In this document: in pieces, positions 51,159 through 63,471 of the stretch | How the letters are laid out: every line of letters starts with the position of its first letter | Numbering within the stretch: the first letter of the stretch is position 1 | Assembly: GCA_964187785.1 (NCBI GenBank) | Contig: OZ076409.1 | Span: 7,690,001 to 7,754,000 of the forward strand | Origin: Amphiscolops sp. MND2022 | Taxonomy: Eukaryota | Length of the DNA stretch: 64,000 nt | Direction of reading: 5' to 3' | Notes under the pieces: generated by a model | The model's database searches: none | The model's input: only the letters and a program-made list of their open reading frames with translations | Told to the model about the DNA's origin: nothing | Position numbers and translations under genes: made by a program

Positions 51159-51752
51159 AGGAGTCCTCTGGACCCTCCAAGACCACTGGAATACTGTAAA
51201 GCACAGAAGACCTTATCGTCAAAACATTGGTGCAAACTTTTGGTTTTAGTTATGCTACGCTATCTCACTGGTGCTGAAAACTTTCGGTGCAATAAAGTTT
51301 GATTTCGAATTTTTTTTTGTTTGATATTTATTTTACTATGCTACCAATGCAACAATACGATATAGCTACGTCCTCTGGGCGGGTCCCGGTTCGGTGCCCT
51401 CCCGTTTTGATTTGAATTTAAAACTTCTACTAAGCCCAAAAGCTGTTGTTACTCACCTGGCCGCGCAGGGGCCCAATTTTAGAAAAAGAAATTTTAACTT
51501 GGACTGAGTGATTAGTGAAAAAGTTTCTTTTTTTAAAGAGCCGACTGTAGAGTTTTTAACCTCGAAACTAGTGCTTTTTGAATTTGATGGCTTTGGAGTG
51601 CTAAACATGCAGTAACGAAACGAAAAGAATAGTAATGTGAGATCAATTTAGTTCAGCTCTGATGTAAGATTTTTTGTGTAAATCTCAGAGTACCCTTTGG
51701 GTGCGAGCATCCTCTCGTTTGCCGAGGACGACAAACTATGGCCCGGGGAGGA

Positions 51753-52472
51753 TGTAACGTCCGCCTCTGGCATGACAAAATTTCGATGAAAAAATCGAAA
51801 TGTGCGACATCGCAATTCAGCAAAAAAGATGGCCGACCTAACAGGAGCGGAAATAAAGAAAAACAAAAAAAGAAAAGAGAGAGCACGCTGAAGAGAGCAA
51901 AAAAGAAAGGAACCAGAAAGCAGAACGACTATTGACATGAAGATTCGCACAGTGCCGAATGTGACGAGTGCTACCCGGTGTTATGCCATCCCTCTGGGAG
52001 AGAATGCAAAACCGTTCCAGAATGGCATGACTGGATCTCCGAAAACCTACAAGCAGTAACTGTACTCCCCTTTGGGGCTCATCCCCCTTAATTTGTTGAT
52101 TTGTAATGTATTTTGCTGTTTCGCTTATGCCTGACCTTCTAGATCAGCATTTCATATCCTTAACTGTCAAAATGGTACTTTTTGGATAAACACTTTTGGA
52201 CCTCGGAAGTATGTAGGAAGTCGTAGGAAGGCTTGGGATTATGTAGGAACGTTTTTACAGGCTTGTGGGGCGTGTCCGGACTTTGAGAGTGCCGGCACGT
52301 CGCCTCGGAGCTCTAACTAGAGGAGCCTCCTTAGACGTTAGAAAAGTCCCCCATGGAGACCATTTTGGGAGAAAAGCCAGTGTCTAGGAGTGTAGTAAGA
52401 CAACGGTCTCCTGTTTAAGCACCCTAGGCATTGTCCCACTTCCGGGATGTGCGCCGCTAGCCGGACGTTACA
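51753..52472 (+). repeat. 3' LTR of element C
   Basis: Direct repeat of 33190-33908, preceded by PPT GGGGAGGA. Confidence 0.96.
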
Positions 52473-53984
52473 AAATGAATTAAATTCCAATTTGAATGAA
52501 TCAATCGCTGAGAATATGCACTTTCACTAACAGTGTTGAGCAAACCTTTTGCGATCAACAACAGCTACGTTTGTTTTCATTCTGCAATATTCATTCAAAG
52601 CGATTCTCTATTCATTTCAAATTGAGATTGAGTTGGCTGAACTTTTGATGGGCTTCCGAAAGTTTGTTAAATCTTCACTAGGTTCACTTGAAATATAATT
52701 TGCTTCACTTATTTTGGAATTGAATTGCTTTTGTTTTGAGTCGTTTTTAATTGGTTGTCAACGCCACTTCGATATTCAACTAAATTGGAATGCTCTTCAT
52801 GTCAATTAAAAATTGGTGTATTTATACTTTATTTATTTTTTTTTGTTTTAACTTATATTTGAACTCTGATTCACTGAAATAACCCTATTGGAGGCTTTCC
52901 AATGTCAAATAGCGAGGTTTATATAAAAATTGTCTAATATCAGCCTAATATTTTGTTCAAAACATGCGTGAATTTTCAAATAAACTTTTGTTGACAATAG
53001 GCATGCTGTTTTTCTTTAAAAAACTTCAAAATAGTGGCTTTTGAATTTCTCACTGATTTCAAACCCTGAGAAATTGTCATTATAATTGTTCATTATAAAC
53101 CGCTCTTCGTTTCATGTTTTAATTGAAATTACTCAGCGTGTTTCATATATTTTGCTTTAAAAAATCCAAATTTCGTCATTATTTGACTTTCGGGTCATCT
53201 AACATTTTTTAAACTCTCTTCCGCTTTTTTGTTCCGTAAAACCGTTTTTCTAAAGCAATCCGATTTTCACGAGTTTTGTACGTTTCCCCTGTGAGATAGC
53301 GGAATGCCTTTGCGGTGTTAAAAATATTTCTTCACTTGTGACAACTCTGACTCAGTGAAGATCTAATCAAGGAAATCGGCGCTTTTTTCATCGAATCTTG
53401 AAACCGTAAATGGAAAAGATGAACGTAGGCGTCAAACTAAAACACGTGAAGATAATTAGCCTAACTATTTCCCGGGCACAATGAAAAAAACAGCGGATTG
53501 TGAGAAGCTGAAAAGCCTCTAATTTTTCATTCCCATAATTATATCAACCTCTGCAACAAAAAGTACAAAGCTCTTTCAAATATCTATCGCAGAAATTGAA
53601 AGGAGTTTAAACGAGATATTTGAAGAGGCTATTTAATGCGATCAAGGCTTTTGTTCTACCTCTTTCGTTGCCTTTTTCTTTGTTTTATCGCGGGTGGAAT
53701 TACGATTTTTATTGTGACGCACCGTTTTTTTCGTTAGGCTATATTGGAATAAATTTTGAATAGTTTTGTCACCAAAAACTTCTCATTGTTCGGCTAGGGG
53801 TTCACAAAAATGGAAAGTTCTTTTGTAAATTGTATCCATTTACAGGAATAATAGGAAATCTTCCTGAATGCAAAATAACTTCACTGTTGGCAATTTATCA
53901 CATCGTCCGTTTACAAGGGGGCAAATGGTTTTGATACAGTCACAATGAACTTTTTACAATCACAAACGTTTTAGACGAGCTTGA

Positions 53985-54117
53985 CCTCTGAACAAAAACT
54001 CCTCACAGATTATTCGCTGTTTTTAATAGTCGCTTTCAGTTATAACTATATGTAGTTATAACTAAAAGCTCCGACTAAAAACGGCAAAACTTTTGTGAGG
54101 AGTTTTTAGCTCAGAGG
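53985..54117. repeat. ~133-bp imperfect palindrome (MITE-like)
   Basis: CCTCTGAACAAAAACTCCTCACA...AGTTATAACTA tatg TAGTTATAACT...TGTGAGGAGTTTTTAGCTCAGAGG. Confidence 0.8.
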
Positions 54118-54895
54118 CTATAGCCAAAATCGTGATTAACAAAATCGCCCGACTATTACCATGGTATGCGGAAAATTCGTCGAAAACAACTAATCGAAAT
54201 TAAAGCGCGGCAAACTGGTCGAAAATTAACTCGTCGAACCGAAATTGAGTGCAAACTCGTCGAATAATCACAGATTACCCACAGGGACTACCCAGTGTTG
54301 ATTATAGATCAATTTTCCATAATTGAAGCGTGAAATTTTCAGTTTTACGCATGATCTAACTTTATAAATTATATATTTGCTTGAAATGTTTTATTTTTAT
54401 AGTTTATAGTGCAATACTTACTTCGTAGTAATGTAGAACTTTATAAGAAAATACGGTCACAAAGTTAGCACTGAATTTGTCTGAGATTGTTTTCTGTTCT
54501 AGCGACAAGTTTTTTGCCGAAAATTTTTTGACCAGTTCTTTTCGATGATTTTTCCTAGATGTTTTCAATCACTTCTCTTTTATTCACGACAGAGATGCAA
54601 TGAAAACCGATAGGGCGTCATATATGGCTTTGATGTTTTTCCTCAATTTAACGACTGAGGCTCCTCAATTCTGAGCTGTTCTCGGCTTGTTTTTGAAAAA
54701 CTTCCAAAGGTTTCAAGAGGAACCTCTGCCACTTCTAGCTGCCGAGATAGCACGTTTTCCAAAAGAATCGAAATTCGATGAAAATTGAGTAGAGTTGCCT
54801 TTCCAAAGTCGAAGTACTTATAACCGAAAGATTCAGAGTCGACTTATTTAGGATTGAATTATCATGCTTGAAAATGATAAGTGTAATATAAATTT

Positions 54896-55202
54896 AACAA
54901 TCCGGGAACGGCCCAAGTCGGCGCTATACCTAAGGCTCAAATTATGTGAAACTATGGGAAAAATCGGAAAAAAAATCTCTGGGGAAAAATGAAAACGTTA
55001 TATCCAAACTTTGAAAACCTTATGTCTGAACTTTGAAAACGTTGCATCCGAACTTTGAAACGTTATATCCGAACTAAAATATCTAGGCAAAAATGTTGAA
55101 CAAATGAACAAAAAAGGACCATTCAGAGTAAACTGAATAATAAAAGAACTACCCACTGTAATAGTCGGGCTTTTTTCCTTAAGGGAAAAGGCGCTGACTA
55201 AA
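54896..55202 (-). mobile_element. DINE-1/HINE-like repeat, copy 4 (reverse orientation)
   Basis: AACAATCCGGGAACGGCCCAAGTCGGCGCTATA and CCACTGTAATAGTCGGGC...GCGCTGACTAAA are reverse complements of the ends of copies 2 and 3. Confidence 0.6.
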
Positions 55203-56023
55203 AACCAATATTAGTTGAATGACTCAGCCTTCCTCCTTCCGGGGCTCTTCGCCCCTCCCTCCAGGTTGACTTCCGTAAACACCTGGTGTTGGTCAAGTAG
55301 TGGCACGTCGCTCCTCTTCGCTTCTCTCCTGCAATTAGAGGTATGACGTAATGTTAATAAAATGTCTGAAAAAACTCTATGAAAATCAAAACTCGATTTT
55401 AGGTAGGTTTGCCTTTTGTCTTTTCGAGCCTTTTTAGTTCGAGTTAACACAACAATCTCTAATTTTAAACGTCAATCATTATAAAACACGAAAAACTTTT
55501 TTAGTCTCATTTTTTAGCCTTTTTTAGTCTCACCTATGTTACGGCATCTTTCGTTCGGTAATAATTTGAAAGCTTGTTAATCATAGTTGAGGGGAGAGAT
55601 TAAACTTCCCAGTGATAAATTCATACAATAGTGATATCGTGTCGAAATACTTATCGACAAAAAGTTTGTGCTTACTGAACTTTAGTTGAAAAACACAGAA
55701 AGTGTGTCACTTTAACTGAGAAATATATTTGAGCATGAGAAATGAAAACTTGGATTTACCGTTGCCGTAAGATTTTATTCACGCGTTTATGATAAAAAAA
55801 CAACAGCAAGACTGAAAAAAAAACGTTTCATAGGAAATAGAATTCAAAATTTTTTCAACAGTTCTTGTCAAAAATCCCGGCACTGATGGCATGAATCTAA
55901 AAAAGTATGAAGAGTTCTTGTCTGTCGCGGCCACAGCGTTGCGATGGGTCCGGTGTGCACCAGTAAGAAAACAAACAACGCTTGTTAAAAACTTCCAAAA
56001 CCCAAGGACTCATTTGCAAGTCA

Positions 56024-56786
56024 TGTAGTTTGTTTGTTTTGTAAATATTTGTTGTAATCAGGGTCATTTAGTTGATTTATTTTGTAAAACTGATGTCTTA
56101 AAATGATTTGCCAAACCTTAAGAGGATTTAATGATGTTTTTAGTTACTCCTGATGATCTTAATGCAGTGCTAGTAGTTCATTTTAATCAAGCAGTACCAA
56201 TTGTATACGACATTGTGCGTTTTGAGTGCTAATGAGTATGCGGTACTATGCGCATATGCATCTTTCTGACTTTCACTATACGTCACTATGCGGTTTGAGC
56301 AGTGACATTTACTCGACACTATGCATCTTTCTAACTTTCATTATACGTCACCATGCGGTTTGAGCGGTGACATTTACTCAACACTATGCATTTTTCATTA
56401 TACGTCATCCTGCGGTTTGAGGAACAATGAGTACTCGGTACAATACGTTTTTCGCTATGCTTGCTTTAATATGAAGAATTAACTTTGCTTTTCCATATAC
56501 AGTAGTATAAGTCCATGATATATCGTTGTTTAACACCTTTCTAGGGTCTTATAAGCCTCGTTATCATTTCTGAATGTCATGGAAAATGACTCATGAGATA
56601 TAAATAGGATGACGGTATTCTGACGAAGTGCTATTATTAGTTTTCCTAGGAATGATGCTTGTAAAATTGCGTGTCATCTTTTTGTGATTTTGTACTTTCT
56701 AGAGGAATAAAGGAGCGAACACAACTGATATAACTTTCTTCAGAACCAGTTTGTTCTCTGATAACTATTGCAACCTTTGTTCTACA
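56024..56786 (+). repeat. Probable 5' LTR of element D (763 bp) with internal ~63-bp tandem repeats
   Basis: TGTAG...CTACA inverted termini. TATAAA at ~56599, AATAAA at ~56706, TGG 3 nt downstream. Repeats of CACTATGCGGTTTGAG...ACACTATGCAT at 56245-56420. Partner LTR not in window. Confidence 0.65.
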
Positions 56787-56884
56787 TTTTGGGATCTTTG
56801 AACATTTCAAATTGATTTCCTTTGACTATTTGTCTTCAATTCAAATTCTTGACCCTGCAAATCGATCGTTTTCACTTGAGAAAG

Positions 56885-58582
56885 ATGGGGAATAAGAGAA
56901 ACAGGAGATCTAGAAGGCTAGAAACACCGTCTCCAGACAGAAACCCAATTGGGGCACAAGTAGATACGTCAGCTCAAGGTAATGAGACTTTGACTAATTT
57001 TAACTCAGTTTTACAGGAGAATTTAGGTGAAAACGTCTCAGAAAACCCAATGGTTGAACCAAGCCAAATTAGTAATGAAATCCAAGCTTGGACTCAGATT
57101 ATAGAACAAAAGAATAATGATAGAATCGAGAGAATGAGAGAAGAAATAGACAACAAGTTTGAAGCAATTCTGAAAGAAATCAAGTCAAACAAAAGTGCAT
57201 CGACAGTAACAAACCCAAGATCAGAGCTTAATGAAAATCAGGAACCCCAAGCGTCGGGGTCTAAAACTAACAAGTCTATAGGAGTTCACGCATCATTAAA
57301 CGAAAATTCAGATTCAGAAAATGAAGATCATCCTCTAAGAGCTTCTAAAATGAAAGACTTGAGACTTCCTGCTAAGCCTATGTTTCGGGCTGAATCAGAT
57401 GTAGATGTAACAATACACTCAGACGAAGAATCTGATGCAGAGTCCTTAGAGGATTATCACATGGTGACAGGTGCTAACCGACAACTCCATAGACAGAGTT
57501 CGCAAAACCCACAGTCTCTAAACGACACAACAGGATCCCACGCAGCCCAGAACACAACAACTTCATCCGCAACACCCCTTGACCCAGTCAATCAAATTGC
57601 CCTGGCAATAGAAAAATTAGCAAACAAAAATGAATCACAAACATTCTTTCACCCAAAAAAAACACTCACATTTAATGGAAAAAATGAGAAAAATGAAAAA
57701 TTTGAGTATTTTGAGGACTTGTTCCACACAACACTCAGAATGCAACCGAATCTTACAGAAGACATGAAAATCAATCATTTCCACGCCCACCTGAGAGGTC
57801 TGGCACTGAAAACGTTTAAAAACATACAAAGAACGCCCACAACAACCTTAGAAGACATTCTCAAAGTTTTCCGACGAAAATACGTAAAACCGGAGTCCAG
57901 CGCATCTGCCAAACACAGATTCAATAGACTCTTCTTTGACCCCGAAAATCAAAAACTCCCGGATTTCCTTGAAGAACTTGAGGAAAGCGCTGAAAAAGCG
58001 TTCGGGACTAATGCGCACCAAATGATAGAGAATTTACTCTACGCTAAAATGCCTCCCCACCTCAAAAAGTCCATTAATCAAGCATACCTTGAAAACGGCA
58101 CATACAGCCAAATTGTCAAACATCTCGAACGAGAGATGGAACTCAATGGATTGGAATCCGATGAATCGCTGGTCAAAACACAGATGACCGCAACTAAAAA
58201 AGAACACAAAACAGACAACACTAACAAAAAACAAACAGACAAAACCAAATCACAAACGCCAAAATCAGTCCCAAACAAGACCCTCAAAGATGGCCAATGC
58301 CGTTATTGTAAAGAAGAGGGCCATATGATGACTGATTGCCCCAAATTAGCCAAACGACGTAAACTTCAGGAAGATCCAGATGCAGACAAATGCGAAAATT
58401 GTAACACCCCCGGACACACTGAAGAAAATTGCTACTTTGGCGAGAATATGGAAAATCGCCCACCCAAATGGAATCTCACAGACGCCCAGAAAAAAGTAAT
58501 CGAAAATTACAAACAAGCCAAAAAACCCATCAAACCTAAAATGGAACAACTCCAACAATCCTCTTCGAAGGATTTAAACTAG
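56885..58582 (+). CDS. gag: Element D Gag with two CCHC zinc knuckles
   Basis: Intact ORF from ATG 56885 (MGNKRNRRSRR). Knuckles CRYCKEEGHMMTDC and CENCNTPGHTEENC. Confidence 0.92.
   Translation: MGNKRNRRSRRLETPSPDRNPIGAQVDTSAQGNETLTNFNSVLQENLGENVSENPMVEPSQISNEIQAWTQIIEQKNNDRIERMREEIDNKFEAILKEIKSNKSASTVTNPRSELNENQEPQASGSKTNKSIGVHASLNENSDSENEDHPLRASKMKDLRLPAKPMFRAESDVDVTIHSDEESDAESLEDYHMVTGANRQLHRQSSQNPQSLNDTTGSHAAQNTTTSSATPLDPVNQIALAIEKLANKNESQTFFHPKKTLTFNGKNEKNEKFEYFEDLFHTTLRMQPNLTEDMKINHFHAHLRGLALKTFKNIQRTPTTTLEDILKVFRRKYVKPESSASAKHRFNRLFFDPENQKLPDFLEELEESAEKAFGTNAHQMIENLLYAKMPPHLKKSINQAYLENGTYSQIVKHLEREMELNGLESDESLVKTQMTATKKEHKTDNTNKKQTDKTKSQTPKSVPNKTLKDGQCRYCKEEGHMMTDCPKLAKRRKLQEDPDADKCENCNTPGHTEENCYFGENMENRPPKWNLTDAQKKVIENYKQAKKPIKPKMEQLQQSSSKDLN
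58573..58579 (+). promoter_or_regulatory. -1 ribosomal frameshift slippery site UUUAAAC
   Basis: T TTA AAC directly before the gag TAG. The -1 frame from 58573 is open and in frame with pol. Confidence 0.8.
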
Positions 58583-61500
58583 AAACGCCACGCCTTAACA
58601 ACACAAACGCCGAAATAAAACCACAAGATGACTGGCAGCATCAAGTGGAAACAATAAATATTCAACTTAAACGACTGACTACTGAACCTGAATCTACTCC
58701 TCCAACTCCTGTTCAATCGGAAACTCCCAGCACCTCTCCAGATCAATACTACGAACTCTTGAGAGATGCACCAGACAACTACTTCACAAAACAACAAACC
58801 CATCCTGAAATTGACCCAGACCTCAATATTCACCACGATTCACCTATTAAAAATCATGTCACTATCAAAACTTCTTGCAATGATCAAAAACAACCCCTTC
58901 TAAATGAAGACCTAGCTGAACACCTACAATTTGACAAGGAACGCAACTTGTCATACCTACCAATTTCAACATCCTTGACATTGAAGCGCAAACGACACAT
59001 GTACTACATTCCAATGGACTTCCAAAACCTCACACTTGATGGTCTTATTGACACAGGAGCTCTCACAAGTGCAATCTCCGAACAAGACCTCAACAAAATC
59101 AAATTGCTCGCAAACGATGCGATAAAAGAAACTGGTCCTCCACCAAACTTTCAAATTATGGTGGCAAATGGACAACTAGAAGTCCCCATTGGTACAGTAT
59201 TACTAGAGTTCGAAGTCGCAGACTTCATGTTAAAGGAAAACTTCATCATCATGAAAACTCTACCAAACCCGCTCATCGGATTGTGTTTCCTTCGCCGAAA
59301 CAATGCAATTTTCGATGTCACACAAGGAATCTTAACCTTTTCTTACCTCTCAATGCAACTGAAACCCGATACCCAAACAGCAATACGGCAAGCAACACCA
59401 TTGTTTGCAGAAAATACCTACACACTCAGGCCAGGCGAAACACTCGCTATAGCAAGCAAAATGCCTCACCTGATGGACCATAATGCAACCGGAATAGTCA
59501 CTCCATCACAACAATTTGAAAACCACGATAGTATTTTTATTACAGCATCACTTAGCACAGTTAATAATAATGCTATCGGCTACCAGATCATCAATTTTTC
59601 AGAATTGCCATATACAATAACCATTGACACCCATTTAGCGGATTTCAAAATTCTGACCCCAGAACAAATCAAACACATCCAACCAGTAGACCCAGCAGTA
59701 CTATCGTTTATGATACAACATGAAGAAACCACCGAAGTCTACATCAACGAACTCCTCAAAGTACCACAACCAAATTCTGAACAAGAATCGTACTGGTTTC
59801 CTACCCCAGACGACCCAGGCGATCCCGCAACATATACTCCAATACAACAACGTATATACAATGAACTTCTTGAGTTAAAAGAACTCGAAAAACTGAATCC
59901 ACATGATAATGAAACATCCAGGAAAACATTCCTCTCAAATTTCGACTGGACAGATACAACACTTAGTTCAGAAGAACGACAAGAGATTGAAGAGATTCTG
60001 GTCGAACTCCACGACATTTTTGCCAGACATCGCTTTGATATCGGTATAAACCGCGAATTCAAAGTCAAATTAACACCCAACGACGACAGACCAGCTTACA
60101 GCCAGAGTCTGCCAACTCCAATCAACCTCAAAGATGACATCACAGTAGAACTTGCGCTTCTACACAAGTACGGTATAATCACAACTCTACCGTTTTCCAA
60201 ATATGCAAGCCCGATTTTTGCACAACGCAAACCAAACGGGCGCCTTAGACTCCTAGTTGACCTCCGGAAAATCAATAATCTTATCACTGAAGATTACGCC
60301 AATAATAACCACCCGGTAAGCACCCTATCTGATGCAGCCCAACACATGGCAGGAAAAAAGCTTTTCTGCAAACTGGATTGCTCCCAGGTTTACCACTGCC
60401 TCCAAATGGCCGACTACCAATCTATCCAGATGCTCGCGTTTAACTTTGCAAGCAGAACATTTGCTTATCGACGCCTTGCCCAGGGTCTCAGTCGATCTCT
60501 CTCCGCATTTTCAAGCTTCATGAGAGAATACCTAGACAGAGCAATTAAAGCAGATCAATGTGCCCAATATGTCGATGATATCGGCATAGCAGCAAACGAC
60601 ACAAGACAATTGTGTATAAACATCAAAACTGTTTTTGAATGCATCCAGAATGCCGGACTGAAACTCTCCATGTCGAAATGTCATTTTGGAGTTAAACAAG
60701 TCGACTTTTTGGGACGCACAATCACACCAAATGGAGTTGCCCCTCAAGCTGACAAAGTGAAAGATTTTTTGGCAAAACTCAAATTCCCAAAATCGAAAAA
60801 GGCACTACAAAGTTATATCGGATTCTTGAATTATTACCGAAACTATATACCTCGCCTTTCAGAACGACTCACCCCGTTTTTCAAACTCCTCAAAGAAACC
60901 TCCAAATTTTATGTTCCTACAAACTTTGTTGAAGACTTTACAAACCTCAATCAACTTTTGGAAAATTCCTGCCAACTCGCGTTGAAACAACCCTTGAAAG
61001 ACAAACAACTCATAGTCATGTCCGATGCAAGCTTCACAGCTGCAGGATATGCCGTCATGATTGAAGACGATCCCAATCAGAAGCTTCAATCCAAACGAAA
61101 AACCTACGCACCCATTGCGTTTGGATCAAAAACGTTCAATCCAACACAAACGAAAATGTCAATCTATGCAAAAGAATTCCTCTCAATATATTTTGCATTC
61201 GTAGAGTTTGGACACCTCATGTGGGGGAGTACCTTCCCTGTCATCGTGTTCACGGATAATCGGTCTGTAACCCGGTTTTTTCAAACGAAAATGATTCCTC
61301 CAGCGCTTTGGAATGCATGCGATTATGTATTACAATACAATTTTGTAATCGCCCATGTAGCTGGATCGATGAACACAGCCGCCGATTTCTTATCTAGAAC
61401 CGAAAGTAACCCAACCGAGAAGCTCGAAATGACAATTCGCAACGATATTCACACAAAAGCAATTGAAGTGAATATACAATCAACTGGAATTGTCGAAGAA

Positions 61501-63471
61501 GAACAAATTTACATCCTTCCTGATGAAGAAATCGATGAAAATCAACTTTGGGAAGAAAAACAAAACACTCGCAATCAAGCACAAAACGAAACTCACAATG
61601 ACCCAGAGAACGACGTCTCTGAATTACAGCAATTTCACAAACCCACATCCGGATTGATCTCCTGCTCCTCTGGACACTTCAAGGACAATGCGAGGATACG
61701 CCTTGAACAGAACAATGACATAGTCCTTCGAAACCTGAGAGCCAAAATAGAAGGCGAACCGTTTGATGAAAACGAATTAGCTTCCGATTTCAGATATCAA
61801 CACTACTTACAAAACATAACACGAATCGAGATTAAACACGAAGTTCTCACACGCAAATACTATACAGATACAGGAATGATCTCGCATTATCAAATCCTCT
61901 TACCAATCCAACTTCTTGAAGAACTACTTCAAGCCCTCCATGGACATAACTCAAACCATCCAGGAATTACCAAGATGATTCAAGAAACACGTCAAAATTA
62001 TTACTACCCATGTATGGCCAAATACATAAAGAAATGGGTCAGTAATTGTCAGATTTGTATACAAACAAAACGTATCAACAATGATCTCCTCAGAACCGAA
62101 CTACTTAATTGTCCCGAATGGGACCTTGGACCGGAAGACATCTTACAGATGGATATTTTGCCAAACCTCCCCCCAAGCGGAGGCTACGATCACATCATCA
62201 CAGCAATAGATGTCTTCTCAAGGTATTTGTTTGCCTATCCTGCGACTCGAATTACCGCAACAGCAGTTTCAAAAGTCATAATGGATATCTTATGCAAACA
62301 CACCTACCTTCCAACAACTATAATCACGGATCTAGGCACTCAATTCAACGCACAAGTCACTCATGAAATTGCAGCAGTGCTTGGAATCGAAATGAAACAT
62401 GCCACAATGAAACATGCACAAACCATAGGACTCTTAGAAAGAACCCATGCCTCAGTTAAAACACACCTAAAAGCCGCCACAGGCGAATTCAGGAACAACT
62501 GGCACAAATATCTTCCTCTAGCAGTCCTTAATCATAACACAACATACCATGCATCACTCGGTTGTGAACCCTCACGAGTTTTCCATGGCCGCATACCACA
62601 CAATATCCTTGACTACAAACTTGGATACAATCCAAATCCGAGGTATCAACCACAAACTGACATTGCAGAAGAAATTCAAAAGCGCATGAGAACACTTTTA
62701 GACCAAACCAAAAAGAATATCATGCAATCTTACCTTAAATACAAGGCCTACTACGATAGAAAAGCAAAAGCAGCCCCGTTGGAGACAACAGATTACTGCT
62801 ATATTCTTAATCCAAAAGCCGATACACAAGCAACGAAAATACCATTCCGAGAATTCAGATAGTGTGGACCTTATAAAGTTGAAAAAGTGCTCCCTAACAA
62901 TAACTACATTGTGAGGAGACTTGGCACAAATAAAACTCAACTACTACATCGGATTCGTTTGCGGAAATTCACACCGCAGGCCCCTTTAGCAGACATTTTT
63001 GTTCGCGAAACCGACTGGCAAAAAGATGATCAAATGACTATAGCAAATGATGATCTATATGCCCAATCATGGAACACGAATTTTGGAGCAAATCCGTTTG
63101 ATGACATTCCCTCAGATGCAATACACAATACTGAGGATACCGAATATGTCCCAATGCAAATACCCGACAATAGCCGCCCATCCTCCCCAGTATCTTCAAA
63201 AAATAGTGGGGGGAGCCCAGTGGATCAGACCACTGAACCAGATCAAAATCACGGAAATCATGCTGATGAAAACCCACAACAATCAAATGATGATAATAAT
63301 ACCCAAAAAACCCGAAAAGATGTAAATAACGCAACAGACAATGATAATCAAAAAACCCCAGAAAACTCCCAAAATACCCCATTGCAAGAAGAACCCATAA
63401 ATACCCGTGGTGAAAAATACCACCTATGTCCTAACCCCAACCCAAATTACTCTGACACTTATAGATACTAA
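58573..63471 (+). CDS. pol: Element D Pol (protease, dUTPase-like insert, RT, RNase H, integrase) with one in-frame TAG at 62860-62862
   Basis: LIDTGA, YVDD, MSDAS, HGHNSNHPG/CQIC and DDE core. R*CGPY sits where W-x-GPY is expected. ORF 62887-63471 continues in the same frame. Confidence 0.95.

Larger units (their letters stand above)
33190..52472 (+). mobile_element. Element C: giant (19.3 kb), young Ty3/Gypsy LTR retrotransposon with macrodomain-tailed Pol and a large ORF3
   Basis: Near-identical LTRs of 719 and 720 bp with 11-bp terminal inverted repeats TGTAACGTCCG/CGGACGTTACA. PPT GGGGAGGA before the 3' LTR. Domain order gag, PR, RT, RNase H, IN. Confidence 0.96.

Noticed and set aside
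37193..51222. Many short minus-strand and alternate-frame ORFs in element C
   Set aside because: Shadow ORFs expected opposite GC-rich coding sequence; no recognisable motifs.
33186..52476. Perfect 4-5 bp TSD for element C
   Set aside because: The flanks are CAAA and AAAT, so only AAA matches; not claimed as a clean TSD.
52473..56023. Host gene or exons between elements C and D
   Set aside because: AT-rich, no substantial ORF, and contains repeat fragments. Small exons cannot be excluded without transcript data.
56245..56420. Repeats in the element D LTR as an array system
   Set aside because: Ordinary tandem duplications within a U3-like region.
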